A stretch of 64,000 bases of DNA from an uncultured Phascolarctobacterium sp. (GTDB lineage: Bacteria > Bacillota > Negativicutes > Acidaminococcales > Acidaminococcaceae). The position numbers and the translations under genes are program-made. The notes below the pieces were generated by a model. The model saw nothing but the letters and a program-made list of their open reading frames with translations, did not search any database and was not told the origin of the DNA. Shown here one piece after another: positions 38,357 through 47,590 of the stretch. Each line of letters opens with the position of its first letter. Within the stretch, counting starts at the first letter, position 1. The DNA is taken from NCBI GenBank assembly GCA_900547415.1, contig URGS01000004.1, forward strand, positions 26,389 through 90,388, written 5' to 3'.

Positions 38357-39421
38357 TTGATGCAGCGTGCACAACGTAAGCTTGAACATATAAAATATGC
38401 TCTTGCACTTGGCGATGGTCCCGCTAGCACTCATTTTGAAGATCTCCGTTTCTTACACAATTGTCTGCCGGAAATTAATCCGGCAGACATTGTTGTATCT
38501 GGGCAAATGTTGGGGAAAGAAATAGCATTTCCTTTTCTTATAGATGCTGTTACCGGCGGTACAGATGCTGTCGCAGAGGTCAACGCAGATTTGGCTCAGG
38601 TAGCAGCTGTCTGTGGTATTCCTATGGCTGTGGGTTCGCAGTTTGGCGCTGTAAGGGATGGTTGTTGGCAGGAGAGCTATAGCATTGTACGCCAATATAA
38701 TCCCGATGGTATTGTTTTTGCCAATATGAGTGCCTTAGCAACTCCTGAGCAGGCTCAGACTGCAGTGGATATGATTAATGCTGATGCTATAGAGATTCAT
38801 CTGAATGCGGCGCAGGAGCTTTTCATGCCTGAGGGTGATAAGGATTATAGCGGAATGATTGAAAATATTGCGGCCATTAAGGAGTATGTTTCCGTACCTG
38901 TAATCATTAAGGAAACTGGCTGTGGAATTGCAGCGGAGCAGTTTTCCTTATGTCAGACCAAGGGTTTTAATGTTTTTGACTGTGCTGGTGCAGGTGGAAC
39001 TAACTTTCCGGCTATTGAAGCAAGACGTGCGGGTATTGTTCTCAGCGATGATTTTGCCGGTTGGGGAGTGCCTACAGCCTGGAGCTTGGTAGATGCTGCT
39101 ATGACCTTAAGAAAAGACTGTTTTCTTATTGCAAGCGGTGGAATTAGAACTGCTGCTGAGGCAGCACGGGCCTTTGCCTTGGGTGCTGACCTTGTGGGTA
39201 TAACCGGACCGATTCTTAGACTTGTTATAGAAAAGGACGTAAAGACAGCGGCGGAATATGTTAAAGGTCTCGTTGAAGGACTCGTTAAATACATGTCACT
39301 TTTAGGCTGCAAAAATGTCAACGAGCTACGCAATGTTCCCCTTATTATCACAGGAGAAACAAAAACCTTCATTGAGTGCAGGGGCTACGAGCTTAAGAGC
39401 CTTTGCAGGAGCAGAAGATAA
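38357..39421 (+). CDS. fni: Type 2 isopentenyl-diphosphate delta-isomerase (FMN-dependent)
   Basis: 354 aa; TIM-barrel FMN enzyme pattern, RKLEHIKYAL N-terminus typical of IDI-2. Confidence 0.85.
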   Translation: MMQRAQRKLEHIKYALALGDGPASTHFEDLRFLHNCLPEINPADIVVSGQMLGKEIAFPFLIDAVTGGTDAVAEVNADLAQVAAVCGIPMAVGSQFGAVRDGCWQESYSIVRQYNPDGIVFANMSALATPEQAQTAVDMINADAIEIHLNAAQELFMPEGDKDYSGMIENIAAIKEYVSVPVIIKETGCGIAAEQFSLCQTKGFNVFDCAGAGGTNFPAIEARRAGIVLSDDFAGWGVPTAWSLVDAAMTLRKDCFLIASGGIRTAAEAARAFALGADLVGITGPILRLVIEKDVKTAAEYVKGLVEGLVKYMSLLGCKNVNELRNVPLIITGETKTFIECRGYELKSLCRSRR

Positions 39422-39440
39422 ATTTAATAAAATCAATGAA

Positions 39441-39477
39441 ATACGTAATCACTTTAGGGGTGGTTACGTATTTTTTG
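39441..39477 (+). terminator. Intrinsic terminator after fni
   Basis: ATACGTAATCAC-tttaggg-GTGGTTACGTAT followed by TTTTTT. Confidence 0.75.
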
Positions 39478-39596
39478 TTAGCAGTGTGTAAAATTTATGT
39501 ACGAAAACCATCGCTATAGTATTTTTAAGGGATTTATGATATAATTAATCGAATATGTGTGTCTGTAAATTGTTTGTCTGTGATTAAGGAGTAATT

Positions 39597-40883
39597 ATGA
39601 TTGGCTTGATTAGCGGTGTACGTAAACATAGTCTCGCAGAAGAAGCTGGCATTAAGGCTGGAGAAAAGCTGTGTGAGATTGATGGCGTACAGGTAAAAGA
39701 TATAATTGAATTAAGTTTCTATACTACTGACGACCAGGTTGATTTGCTTATAGAAGCAGAGGATGGAGCTCGTCGTCATGTTGTTATTGAAAAGTATCCT
39801 GATGAGGATCTTGGTCTGGAGTTTGAATCTGCAGTATTTGACAAGGTTAAAACCTGTTATAATAAATGCATTTTTTGCTTTGTTGACCAAATGATTCCTG
39901 GAATGCGTCCAGGACTTTATGTTAGAGATGATGACTATCGTCTTTCCTTTTTATATGGTAATTTCATTACTCTTACTAATATGAAGGATGAAGACTTTGA
40001 GCGTATTATTTCTACCCATATGACTCCATTATATGTTTCTGTGCATGCTACAGATCCTCAAGTTCGCTGCCAAATGATGAATAATCGTTTTGCCGGAGAG
40101 CTTATGACTAAGTTGGAGCGTCTATTGGAAGCAGGTATTCAGGTTCATACTCAAATTGTTTGCTGCCCTGGCTATAATGATGGCGAGGTTTTAGCGAAAA
40201 CCTTTGCTGATTTGTATGCTCGTCATCCTGGCGTATTAACAATGGCTGTAGTTCCTGTAGGTCTGACTAAAAATCGTGACCATTTGCATGAGCTGCGTAC
40301 CTTTACTAAGGAAGAGGCTGCTGCAGTTGTGGAGCAGGTTACGGCTTGGCAGGAGCGTTGCCGTCAGGAAACCGGAAAATCTTTTGTTTATCTTGGTGAT
40401 GAGTTCTATTTACTGGCTGACAAGGAACTTCCTCCTGGAGAATGGTATGATGGATTCCCTCAGCTTGAAAATGGCATTGGACTGACCCGCAGCTTCTTGG
40501 ATGAATGGGAAGATGTTATTAGTAAACTGCATAATCCTAAGGGAAGACCTGATGCTATTATTCCTATAGGCGAAGGTGCATATAAGGTGCTAAAGTCTCT
40601 TATGGATGAGTTGAACCGTACTCTTGAAACTGAGCATCAATTTGTTCCGGTTGCCAATAAATTTTTTGGCGGCAGGGTAAACGTTACCGGTCTGTTGACT
40701 GGCGGGGACATTCTTAGTTATGCAGAGGAGGGCAAAAGAATTATTCTTCCTGCTGTTGTACTTAATAAGGATTCCTTGTTCCTGGACGATATGTCCTTAG
40801 AGGAATTCAAGAAGTCTTGTCCCGCTAAGGTTGAAATTGCTGAAAATGCTAGGGAGCTTTTGCATTATTTAGTAGAGGAATAA
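39597..40883 (+). CDS. PDZ domain + radical SAM-like (CxxxCxxC) + DUF512 protein
   Basis: 428 aa; N-terminal PDZ-like segment, CYNKCIFCF radical SAM cysteine motif, DUF512-like C-terminus; conserved position upstream of der. Confidence 0.65.
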   Translation: MIGLISGVRKHSLAEEAGIKAGEKLCEIDGVQVKDIIELSFYTTDDQVDLLIEAEDGARRHVVIEKYPDEDLGLEFESAVFDKVKTCYNKCIFCFVDQMIPGMRPGLYVRDDDYRLSFLYGNFITLTNMKDEDFERIISTHMTPLYVSVHATDPQVRCQMMNNRFAGELMTKLERLLEAGIQVHTQIVCCPGYNDGEVLAKTFADLYARHPGVLTMAVVPVGLTKNRDHLHELRTFTKEEAAAVVEQVTAWQERCRQETGKSFVYLGDEFYLLADKELPPGEWYDGFPQLENGIGLTRSFLDEWEDVISKLHNPKGRPDAIIPIGEGAYKVLKSLMDELNRTLETEHQFVPVANKFFGGRVNVTGLLTGGDILSYAEEGKRIILPAVVLNKDSLFLDDMSLEEFKKSCPAKVEIAENARELLHYLVEE

Positions 40884-40892
40884 GGTGATAAT

Positions 40893-41402
40893 ATGCTGCA
40901 GGTATATACCGGAACCGGTAAAGGTAAAACTACTGCTGCCTTGGGTGTAGCTTTACGTGGTGCAGGCTACGGCTTAAAAACCCTGATGCTTTCTTTTTTA
41001 AAGGATGACCCTGAATACGGTGAGGCTAAGGCTGCTAGTCTGTTGCCGGACTTTAAGCTGGAGCAGGTTGGTCGTGATGCTTTTGTTAACTTCCATAATC
41101 CTGACCCTGTTGATTTAGAAATGTGCAGGGAAGGATGGGAGCGAGCAAAGAGTGCTGTTTGCAGTAGAGAAGCAGATATCATCATTTTAGATGAGTTGAA
41201 CATTGTTTTGGCGACCAAGATGCTGCCTACAGAGGAAGTAGTAGCTTTTCTCAAGGCTCACAAACAAAATTTAGAAATCATTACTACAGGCAGAGGTGCT
41301 CCAGAAGAGCTAATTAAAATTGCCGACCTGGTAACTGATATGCAGGAGGTAAAGCATTACTTCCATAAGGGAGTTGCATCCCGTAATGGCATTGACCATT
41401 AA
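40893..41402 (+). CDS. cobO: Cob(I)alamin/cob(I)yrinic acid a,c-diamide adenosyltransferase (CobO/BtuR family)
   Basis: 169 aa; P-loop-like YTGTGKGKTTAALG motif of CobA/CobO/BtuR family. Confidence 0.8.
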   Translation: MLQVYTGTGKGKTTAALGVALRGAGYGLKTLMLSFLKDDPEYGEAKAASLLPDFKLEQVGRDAFVNFHNPDPVDLEMCREGWERAKSAVCSREADIIILDELNIVLATKMLPTEEVVAFLKAHKQNLEIITTGRGAPEELIKIADLVTDMQEVKHYFHKGVASRNGIDH

Positions 41403-41450
41403 AATATCTCTTAATTAGAGTTAAAATATGTTAGAAAAGGAGTAATAGAC

Positions 41451-42779
41451 ATGGCAAAACCTATTGTTGCTATAGTAGGACGTCCTAATGTTGGCAAATC
41501 TACCCTGTTTAATATTTTTGCCAATAGCAGGATTTCTATTGTTGAAGATACTCCCGGTGTTACTCGCGACAGATTATATGCTGTTGCAGAATGGCTTGAT
41601 AATGAATTTATGATGGTAGACACCGGTGGTATTGAAATTATGAATGCGGACGCTATTGCAGTGTCCATCCGCCAACAGGCACAGATTGCGATTAGAGAGG
41701 CAGATGTAATTTTGTTCGTTTGTGATGCTCGTGCGGGTATTACTACTGAGGACGAAGAGGTTGCACGTCTTCTGCGTCAGTCTAAAAAGCCTATTGTCTT
41801 GGCAATTAACAAGGCTGATTCTCCTAAACAGGATATGAACATTTTTGAATTCTACAATCTTGGCATTGGTGAACCTATTCCTGTATCTGCAAGCAATCAC
41901 TTAGGACTTGGTGATTTGCTGGACGCAGTTGTGGCTAAGTTCCCTGATCAGGATTCAGCAGGTGAGCTTGAAGAGGACGATGAAATTAAGGTTGCACTTA
42001 TTGGTCGTCCTAATGTAGGCAAATCCTCTATCTTTAACGCATTGGTAGGCGAGGAGCGTTCCATTGTTAGTGACGTTGCCGGCACTACCCGTGATGCTAT
42101 TGATACTCCTGTTGTTAAGAATGGCCAGCGTTACCTGTTTATTGATACTGCAGGAATGCGTCGTAAGGCTAAGGTTGATGAGCCGATTGAAAAGTACAGT
42201 GTAATGCGTTCCCTGCGTGCTGTTGATCGCAGTGATGTTGTTCTGATGGTATTTGATGCTGTTGAAGGCATTACTGAGCAGGATAAACGTATTGTTGGCT
42301 ATGCTCATGAGGCGGGAAAGGGCGTAATCCTTGTTGTCAACAAATGGGATCTGTATGAAAAGGACAATACTTCTACTTTGCGTTATACAGAAACTCTGCG
42401 TAAAGAGCTGGTATTCCTGCAGTATGCTCCTGTAGTATTCGTTTCTGCAATGACCAAGCAGCGTATTCATCGTCTGCCAGAGGTTATTTCTTACGTTGCA
42501 GAACAGAATGCTATGCGCATCGCAACCAGCGTTATTAATCAGGTTATTGCCGATGCTGTGGCAATTAACCCCACACCTACAGAAAAAGGCGTTCGCCTGA
42601 AGATTCTTTATGTAACTCAGGTTAAGATTAAGCCGCCTACCTTTGTAATTTTTGTTAATGCTCCTGAAGCAATGCATTTCTCCTATGAGCGTTATCTGGA
42701 AAACAAGCTGCGTGAAGCATTTGGTTTTGAGGGAACACCCATACATTTGATTATTCGCGGTAAAAACGAGGATGAATAA
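41451..42779 (+). CDS. der: Ribosome biogenesis GTPase Der (EngA)
   Basis: 442 aa; tandem G domains (GRPNVGKST twice) and KH-like C-terminus. Confidence 0.95.
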   Translation: MAKPIVAIVGRPNVGKSTLFNIFANSRISIVEDTPGVTRDRLYAVAEWLDNEFMMVDTGGIEIMNADAIAVSIRQQAQIAIREADVILFVCDARAGITTEDEEVARLLRQSKKPIVLAINKADSPKQDMNIFEFYNLGIGEPIPVSASNHLGLGDLLDAVVAKFPDQDSAGELEEDDEIKVALIGRPNVGKSSIFNALVGEERSIVSDVAGTTRDAIDTPVVKNGQRYLFIDTAGMRRKAKVDEPIEKYSVMRSLRAVDRSDVVLMVFDAVEGITEQDKRIVGYAHEAGKGVILVVNKWDLYEKDNTSTLRYTETLRKELVFLQYAPVVFVSAMTKQRIHRLPEVISYVAEQNAMRIATSVINQVIADAVAINPTPTEKGVRLKILYVTQVKIKPPTFVIFVNAPEAMHFSYERYLENKLREAFGFEGTPIHLIIRGKNEDE

Positions 42780-42805
42780 TAAATAAGAAGAACGGGTGAT
42801 AAAAT

Positions 42806-43435
42806 ATGATCAGTGAAGTTGGAATCTTACACTATGTCCTGGGCTTTATCCTGGGCGTTGTCTGCGGTTCAGTTCCAAGTGGCTTGTGGATTGTCAAGGC
42901 TTTCTTTGGAATTGATATTCGCGAGTATGGCAGCAAAAACATTGGGACAACTAATGTTTTCAGAACTGTAGGTAGCAAGACTGCTGTTCTGGTTTTGATT
43001 GCTGACATGGTTAAGGGTATTGTAGCAGTAGCTATCGTACATTACGTTTTCAATAGTCCCTATTTAGATGTAGCTACGGCTTTAGGTGCTTTGCTGGGTC
43101 ATAACTATTCCATTTTTTTGGGCTTTAAAGGTGGTAAGGGCGTTGCAACTGGTTTGGGTATTTTGGTTTTCCTTCTTCCCAAAACATCTGGTGCAGTGCT
43201 TCTGCTTTGGATTATTGTTGTAGCCTTAACTCGTTATGTTTCTTTAGCTTCTATCTTGGCAGCTATTCTGACACCTATAGCAAGTTGGTATTTTGGTTAT
43301 CCATTACCTTATATTGCACTGTGTGTGGTAGCAGGCTTGAACGTCGTTGTTCGTCACAAGGAAAATATTTTTCGTCTGATAAATGGTACCGAAGGCAAGA
43401 TTAAGCCAGGCAACGCTAAAGACTTTAAAAAGTAA
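42806..43435 (+). CDS. plsY: Glycerol-3-phosphate acyltransferase PlsY
   Basis: 209 aa membrane protein; GSKNIGTTNVFR motif. Confidence 0.92.
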   Translation: MISEVGILHYVLGFILGVVCGSVPSGLWIVKAFFGIDIREYGSKNIGTTNVFRTVGSKTAVLVLIADMVKGIVAVAIVHYVFNSPYLDVATALGALLGHNYSIFLGFKGGKGVATGLGILVFLLPKTSGAVLLLWIIVVALTRYVSLASILAAILTPIASWYFGYPLPYIALCVVAGLNVVVRHKENIFRLINGTEGKIKPGNAKDFKK

Positions 43436-43445
43436 TATTGAACAT

Positions 43446-43476
43446 AAAAAAGAACGACTTCGGTCGTTCTTTTTTA
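43446..43476 (+). terminator. Intrinsic terminator after plsY
   Basis: AAAGAACGAC-ttcg-GTCGTTCTTT followed by TTT. Confidence 0.85.
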
Positions 43477-43935
43477 TATTAGTACAGAAAGCTTTACGTG
43501 TAATCTTGATTTTCTATCATAAATATTATGGAATATTCTGCGATTATTCTTGTAACTAAAGGCTGTGATAAAATATAGGATGTTGAGGAATGAAAATAAT
43601 AGGGAAAACACCTTCGCATGAAAAACTTGAATATATGAAAGTTAGAGTACGATAAAAAGTAGTATAAAAATAATCATTAAAAGGAAATGTTATACTTTTT
43701 GAAAAGTAGGGTAGTGTTAAGCTGTTACATATAAGCATCATCAATATAGAAATTTGTGTATTCATAATAAACCAACTAACAATGAATAGAGTATTCTAAT
43801 TACTTTATATGTTGCTATATATTGTACGTGTAGGTGTTTAATGTTCTCTAAGCTTTACAATTAAATTGGAAACTGTAACATGTTTGACTAAAATAATGAG
43901 AAAAATCATTTCGCGATTTTGACATTAAAAATCAT

Positions 43936-43965
43936 TTGTACATTTTACAAGAACAGTGCTATAAT
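43936..43965 (+). promoter_or_regulatory. Putative promoter of ACT-hom-thrB operon with extended -10 (TGCTATAAT)
   Basis: TTGTAC -18- TGcTATAAT; 40 nt upstream of the AAGGAGG RBS of the ACT-domain gene. Confidence 0.45.
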
Positions 43966-44004
43966 ATACCAAGAATTATTGTACAGATAAGGAGGACAAT
44001 TAAG

Positions 44005-44448
44005 ATGTCAGATAAATCTACTTTTTATTTAGTTCGTGAGGAGATTTTGCCTGAGGCAATAAAGAAAACTATTAAGGTTAAGGAAATTTTAAAACGTGGC
44101 GAGATTAAGACCATTAATGAAGCGGTTGAAAAAATGGGCTTAAGCCGTAGTGCTTACTATAAATATAAAGATTTTGTTTTTCCGTTCTATGAAGCAAGCA
44201 AGGAAAAAATCATTACTCTGTCTCTGCTTTTAGAGCATAAGTCCGGTGTTCTTTCCAAGGTGCTGAATACTGTTGCTGACGATTCCGGCAGCATTCTGAC
44301 CATTAACCAGGGAATCCCTCTGCAGGGTGTAGCTAATACTACTATTTCCATTGAAACTAAAAACCTTACTGTTGATTTAGAGGCTCTTTTAGACAAGCTG
44401 CGTATGATTGATGGCGTTAAGCGTCTTGAGGTTTTAGGCCAGGTATAA
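44005..44448 (+). CDS. ACT domain-containing small protein (probable amino-acid-sensing regulatory partner of hom)
   Basis: Start at ATG 44005 (MSDKSTFYLVREEI...) 9 nt after AAGGAGG; N-terminal HTH-like segment then ACT-like beta-alpha-beta-beta-alpha-beta pattern; the ORF-track upstream extension lacks an RBS. Confidence 0.65.
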   Translation: MSDKSTFYLVREEILPEAIKKTIKVKEILKRGEIKTINEAVEKMGLSRSAYYKYKDFVFPFYEASKEKIITLSLLLEHKSGVLSKVLNTVADDSGSILTINQGIPLQGVANTTISIETKNLTVDLEALLDKLRMIDGVKRLEVLGQV

Positions 44449-44474
44449 TATAAACTACCTTATGGGGAGGACCT

Positions 44475-45776
44475 ATGAAAGAAGTTATTAATGTGGGCCT
44501 TTTGGGAGCTGGTACTGTTGGTGGTGGCTTGCTTAAGGTTATGGAAATGAATGCTGATATTATTGAGAAGAAGGTTGGTGTACCTGTTCGCATAACTAAG
44601 GTTCTTGACCGTCATCCTGATAGGGTTCAGCAAGAGTTTGACGATAAATATGTTGTAGTTAACGATGCTGATGAAATTCTTAATGATACTGATATTGATA
44701 TTGTTGTAGAGCTTTTGGGTAGAGAGCATCCTGCTAAAGAATATATTGCTCAAGCACTTAAAAATGGCAAGAATGTTGTTACTGCCAATAAGGATGTAGT
44801 TGCTCGCTATGGTGCTGAGCTATTTCCTTTGGCCGAAGCTAATGGCGTGGACTTTATGTTCGAGGCAAGCGTTTGCGGCGGTATCCCTATAATTCAGCCC
44901 CTGAAAACAAGTATGGCTGCCAATAAGATTACATCTGTTATGGGTATTGTCAACGGTACAACCAATTATATGCTTTCTAAAATGACAGCAGAGCATATGA
45001 GCTATGCAGAGGTTTTGAAGGAAGCACAGGCTAAGGGTTATGCTGAGTCTGATCCTACTGCAGATGTTGGTGGTTTAGATGCAGCAAGAAAAATTGTTAT
45101 TCTTGCTTCTATCGCTTTTAATACTAGAATAAGCCTTGATGATGTAGAGGTAGAGGGTATTGAAAGTATTGAGGCTTGCGATATCAAATATGCAAATGAT
45201 ATGGGCTACGCTGTCAAGCTTTTAGCTATTGCTAAAAATGACCCCAAGTATGGTGTTAGTGTTCGTGTTCATCCTACTATGCTGCCCTTGAGCCATCCAT
45301 TAGCTGGTGTAAATGGTGTTTATAATGCAGTGTTTGTTAACGGTGATGCTATTGGCGAGGCTATGTTCCTTGGACTTGGTGCAGGTCGTATGCCTACTGC
45401 GAGTGCTGTCTGTGGTGATGTTATTGATATTGCACGCAATATTCGTCATGGCCTAACTAACAGAATTAACTGTACCTGCTTTGAAGAAAAGCATTTGTGT
45501 CCGCCTGAAAAGGTTGAAGCTCCCTGCTATATCAGAATGCAGGTTCTTGATCAGCCTGGTGCTTTGGCTGCTATTGCTGCAGCCTTTGCAGCACAGAATG
45601 TAAGCTTGCGAAATGTAATTCAAATGAATGTGCCTGGCAAAAAAACAGAAATAGTTGTCATTACACATGGAGTAGCCGAAACCAGCCTGAAAATGGCTTT
45701 ACAGATTTTAGATGTTCTGCCTGTTGTGGATAAGGTTTGCTGTGTTATTCGTGTAGAAGACAGCAGCCTGGCATAA
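44475..45776 (+). CDS. hom: Homoserine dehydrogenase
   Basis: 433 aa; NAD-binding GLLGAGTVGGG, catalytic domain and C-terminal ACT domain. Confidence 0.92.
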   Translation: MKEVINVGLLGAGTVGGGLLKVMEMNADIIEKKVGVPVRITKVLDRHPDRVQQEFDDKYVVVNDADEILNDTDIDIVVELLGREHPAKEYIAQALKNGKNVVTANKDVVARYGAELFPLAEANGVDFMFEASVCGGIPIIQPLKTSMAANKITSVMGIVNGTTNYMLSKMTAEHMSYAEVLKEAQAKGYAESDPTADVGGLDAARKIVILASIAFNTRISLDDVEVEGIESIEACDIKYANDMGYAVKLLAIAKNDPKYGVSVRVHPTMLPLSHPLAGVNGVYNAVFVNGDAIGEAMFLGLGAGRMPTASAVCGDVIDIARNIRHGLTNRINCTCFEEKHLCPPEKVEAPCYIRMQVLDQPGALAAIAAAFAAQNVSLRNVIQMNVPGKKTEIVVITHGVAETSLKMALQILDVLPVVDKVCCVIRVEDSSLA

Positions 45777-45780
45777 GGGA

Positions 45781-46701
45781 GTGACTGGTATGAATAAGGT
45801 TACTGTTCAGGTTCCCGCAACTTCAGCAAATTGTGGTCCAGGCTTTGATTCATTGGGTTTGGCCTGCACATTATATAATGAAGCTACCTATGAAATTACT
45901 CCAACTAGAGGCTTTCAGTTGGAGGTAGTGGGCGAGGGTTCCGAGTATTTAAAGGCCTTTGGACGCAATTTGGCTTTTTCAAGCTTTTTTAAGGTTTGGA
46001 ATGCTGTTACCGATGGCGAACGTATAGGCCTTAAGGTTTCTATGATAAATAGAATTCCTATGTCTCGCGGTCTCGGCAGCAGCTCCAGTGCTATTGTAGC
46101 GGGACTTTATGCAGCTAATTGTCTCTGCGATAACCATTATTCCAAGGAGGAGCTGCTTGCTATTGCTACAGAAATTGAGGGGCATCCTGATAACGTGGCT
46201 CCTGCAATTTATGGTGGCTTTACCGTCAGCTATATGAATGGAAGCAGTGCTCATAGTTTGCGTTTGCTTCCAGCTAAGCCGCTTAAGTTTATTGCAGTTG
46301 TTCCTGGCAGTAAGCTGCCAACTGTTTTGGCACGTCAGGCAATACCTCAAACCGTATCTCATCATGATGCAGTTTTTAATGCTTCCCGTTCAGCTCTTTT
46401 AGTAGGAGCGTTAATGAGTGGTCAGTATGAATATATTAGTGAAGCACTAGAGGATAAGCTGCACCAGCCTTATAGAGCTCACCTGATTCCTGGTCTTTAC
46501 GATGTTTTTGCAGCGGCCAAAGAGGCAGGTGCTTATAATGCTATTATCAGCGGTGCAGGTTCTACTGTCATGGCTTATGCTGATCCAGATGCGGATTGCG
46601 AGGCCATTGCTAAGGCTATGCAGGCAGTTTTCTTGGAAAGAAAAGAAAATTGCAAATATTTCATTTTAGAGCTTGACAAAGATGGTGTTAAAAGAGTATA
46701 A
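45781..46701 (+). CDS. thrB: Homoserine kinase
   Basis: GHMP kinase motif PMSRGLGSSSSAIVAG. Confidence 0.92.
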   Translation: MTGMNKVTVQVPATSANCGPGFDSLGLACTLYNEATYEITPTRGFQLEVVGEGSEYLKAFGRNLAFSSFFKVWNAVTDGERIGLKVSMINRIPMSRGLGSSSSAIVAGLYAANCLCDNHYSKEELLAIATEIEGHPDNVAPAIYGGFTVSYMNGSSAHSLRLLPAKPLKFIAVVPGSKLPTVLARQAIPQTVSHHDAVFNASRSALLVGALMSGQYEYISEALEDKLHQPYRAHLIPGLYDVFAAAKEAGAYNAIISGAGSTVMAYADPDADCEAIAKAMQAVFLERKENCKYFILELDKDGVKRV

Positions 46702-46784
46702 TAGTTTCTGTCAGTTGGTTACACATCAATGACTACCCTGACTATTACGAATGAATGATAAGTTAAAAATTCTAAAAAATAGAG

Positions 46785-46813
46785 TTGACAAACTAATCAA
46801 ACTTCGGTATAAT
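46785..46813 (+). promoter_or_regulatory. Consensus sigma-70 promoter of tRNA-Pro (TTGACA -17- TATAAT)
   Basis: TTGACA 46785-46790, exactly 17-nt spacer, TATAAT 46808-46813; tRNA 5' end about 14 nt downstream. Confidence 0.7.
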
Positions 46814-46826
46814 AGTCCTCGTGATT

Positions 46827-46903
46827 CGGGGCGTGGCTCAGCTTGGTAGAGCGCTTCCTTGGGGTGGAAGAGGTCGTGGGTTCGAATCCCGCCGCTCCGA
46901 CCA
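46827..46903 (+). tRNA. tRNA-Pro (anticodon GGG)
   Basis: Manual cloverleaf: acceptor CGGGGCG/CGCTCCG (one G-U), D-arm GCTC-AGCTTGGTA-GAGC, anticodon stem CTTCC/GGAAG with loop TTGGGGT (anticodon GGG), T-arm GTGGG-TTCGAAT-CCCGC, discriminator A, encoded CCA. Confidence 0.9.
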
Positions 46904-46916
46904 ACTCGGATCGACA

Positions 46917-46947
46917 GCCTTTACGGATTTCCGTAAAGGCTTTTTTT
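46917..46947 (+). terminator. Intrinsic terminator after tRNA-Pro
   Basis: GCCTTTACGG-attt-CCGTAAAGGC followed by TTTTTTT. Confidence 0.85.
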
Positions 46948-47019
46948 ATGTTTAAATTGCTATATGCAAAAGTTACAAGTTAATGTATTCTTTATGTATA
47001 TAACTGGGAGGTCAAGCAA

Positions 47020-47577
47020 ATGATTAGAACCTTAGAATTTATTTGCAGCGAATGCAAGGAGCATTTTGTACCTGGCGATAAGCTCTATTATCGTGATAAT
47101 TACATGTCTCCTAATATTAGAGATACTAAATTTATTTGTCCTGCCTGTATTGAAAAATGGATTGAAAAATGGCAGATTAAGGATGCAAGCTTCTGCGAAG
47201 CCGATTATGTTTTGACAGTTGATATTGAGCTTGAAGATGGCTCTTTCTATAAAAATATGGATTGTACGCCTATTGATGAGACTGAAACTGTTGTTATAGG
47301 CGAGGATATTCCTGAAGCGGCACAAAAATGTTTGTACACATATTATGCAGCTTGGGATAAGGAACGCAAGGCTCATATTCTTAAGGACTGTATTTTCAAT
47401 GATGAGTTTATGCGTACTACTGTGACATGTGAAACCTATGGCGGTGAACGCTTTGAAAATGTTGCCTTCCGCTTTACTATGCGTGGAGAGCTCCAGACAG
47501 AGGTGCCCATGCCTGATTATATTAGAGAACAGATAGTTGATGCATATAAGCTTTATGAAGCACAAAATAATGAATAA
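47020..47577 (+). CDS. Uncharacterised acidic protein with N-terminal C4 zinc-ribbon (CSEC...CPAC)
   Basis: 185 aa; GGGAGG RBS 8 nt upstream; no family recognised; antisense 201-aa ORF is low-complexity I/L/F/N-rich and rejected. Confidence 0.6.
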   Translation: MIRTLEFICSECKEHFVPGDKLYYRDNYMSPNIRDTKFICPACIEKWIEKWQIKDASFCEADYVLTVDIELEDGSFYKNMDCTPIDETETVVIGEDIPEAAQKCLYTYYAAWDKERKAHILKDCIFNDEFMRTTVTCETYGGERFENVAFRFTMRGELQTEVPMPDYIREQIVDAYKLYEAQNNE

Positions 47578-47590
47578 ATAGGGGGAACTT

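Noticed and set aside
43556-43765. 69-aa minus-strand ORF in the long plsY-hom intergenic region
   Set aside because: The sequence is low-complexity (F/Y/I/S-rich), has no RBS, and lies in AT-rich DNA where random ORFs are frequent.
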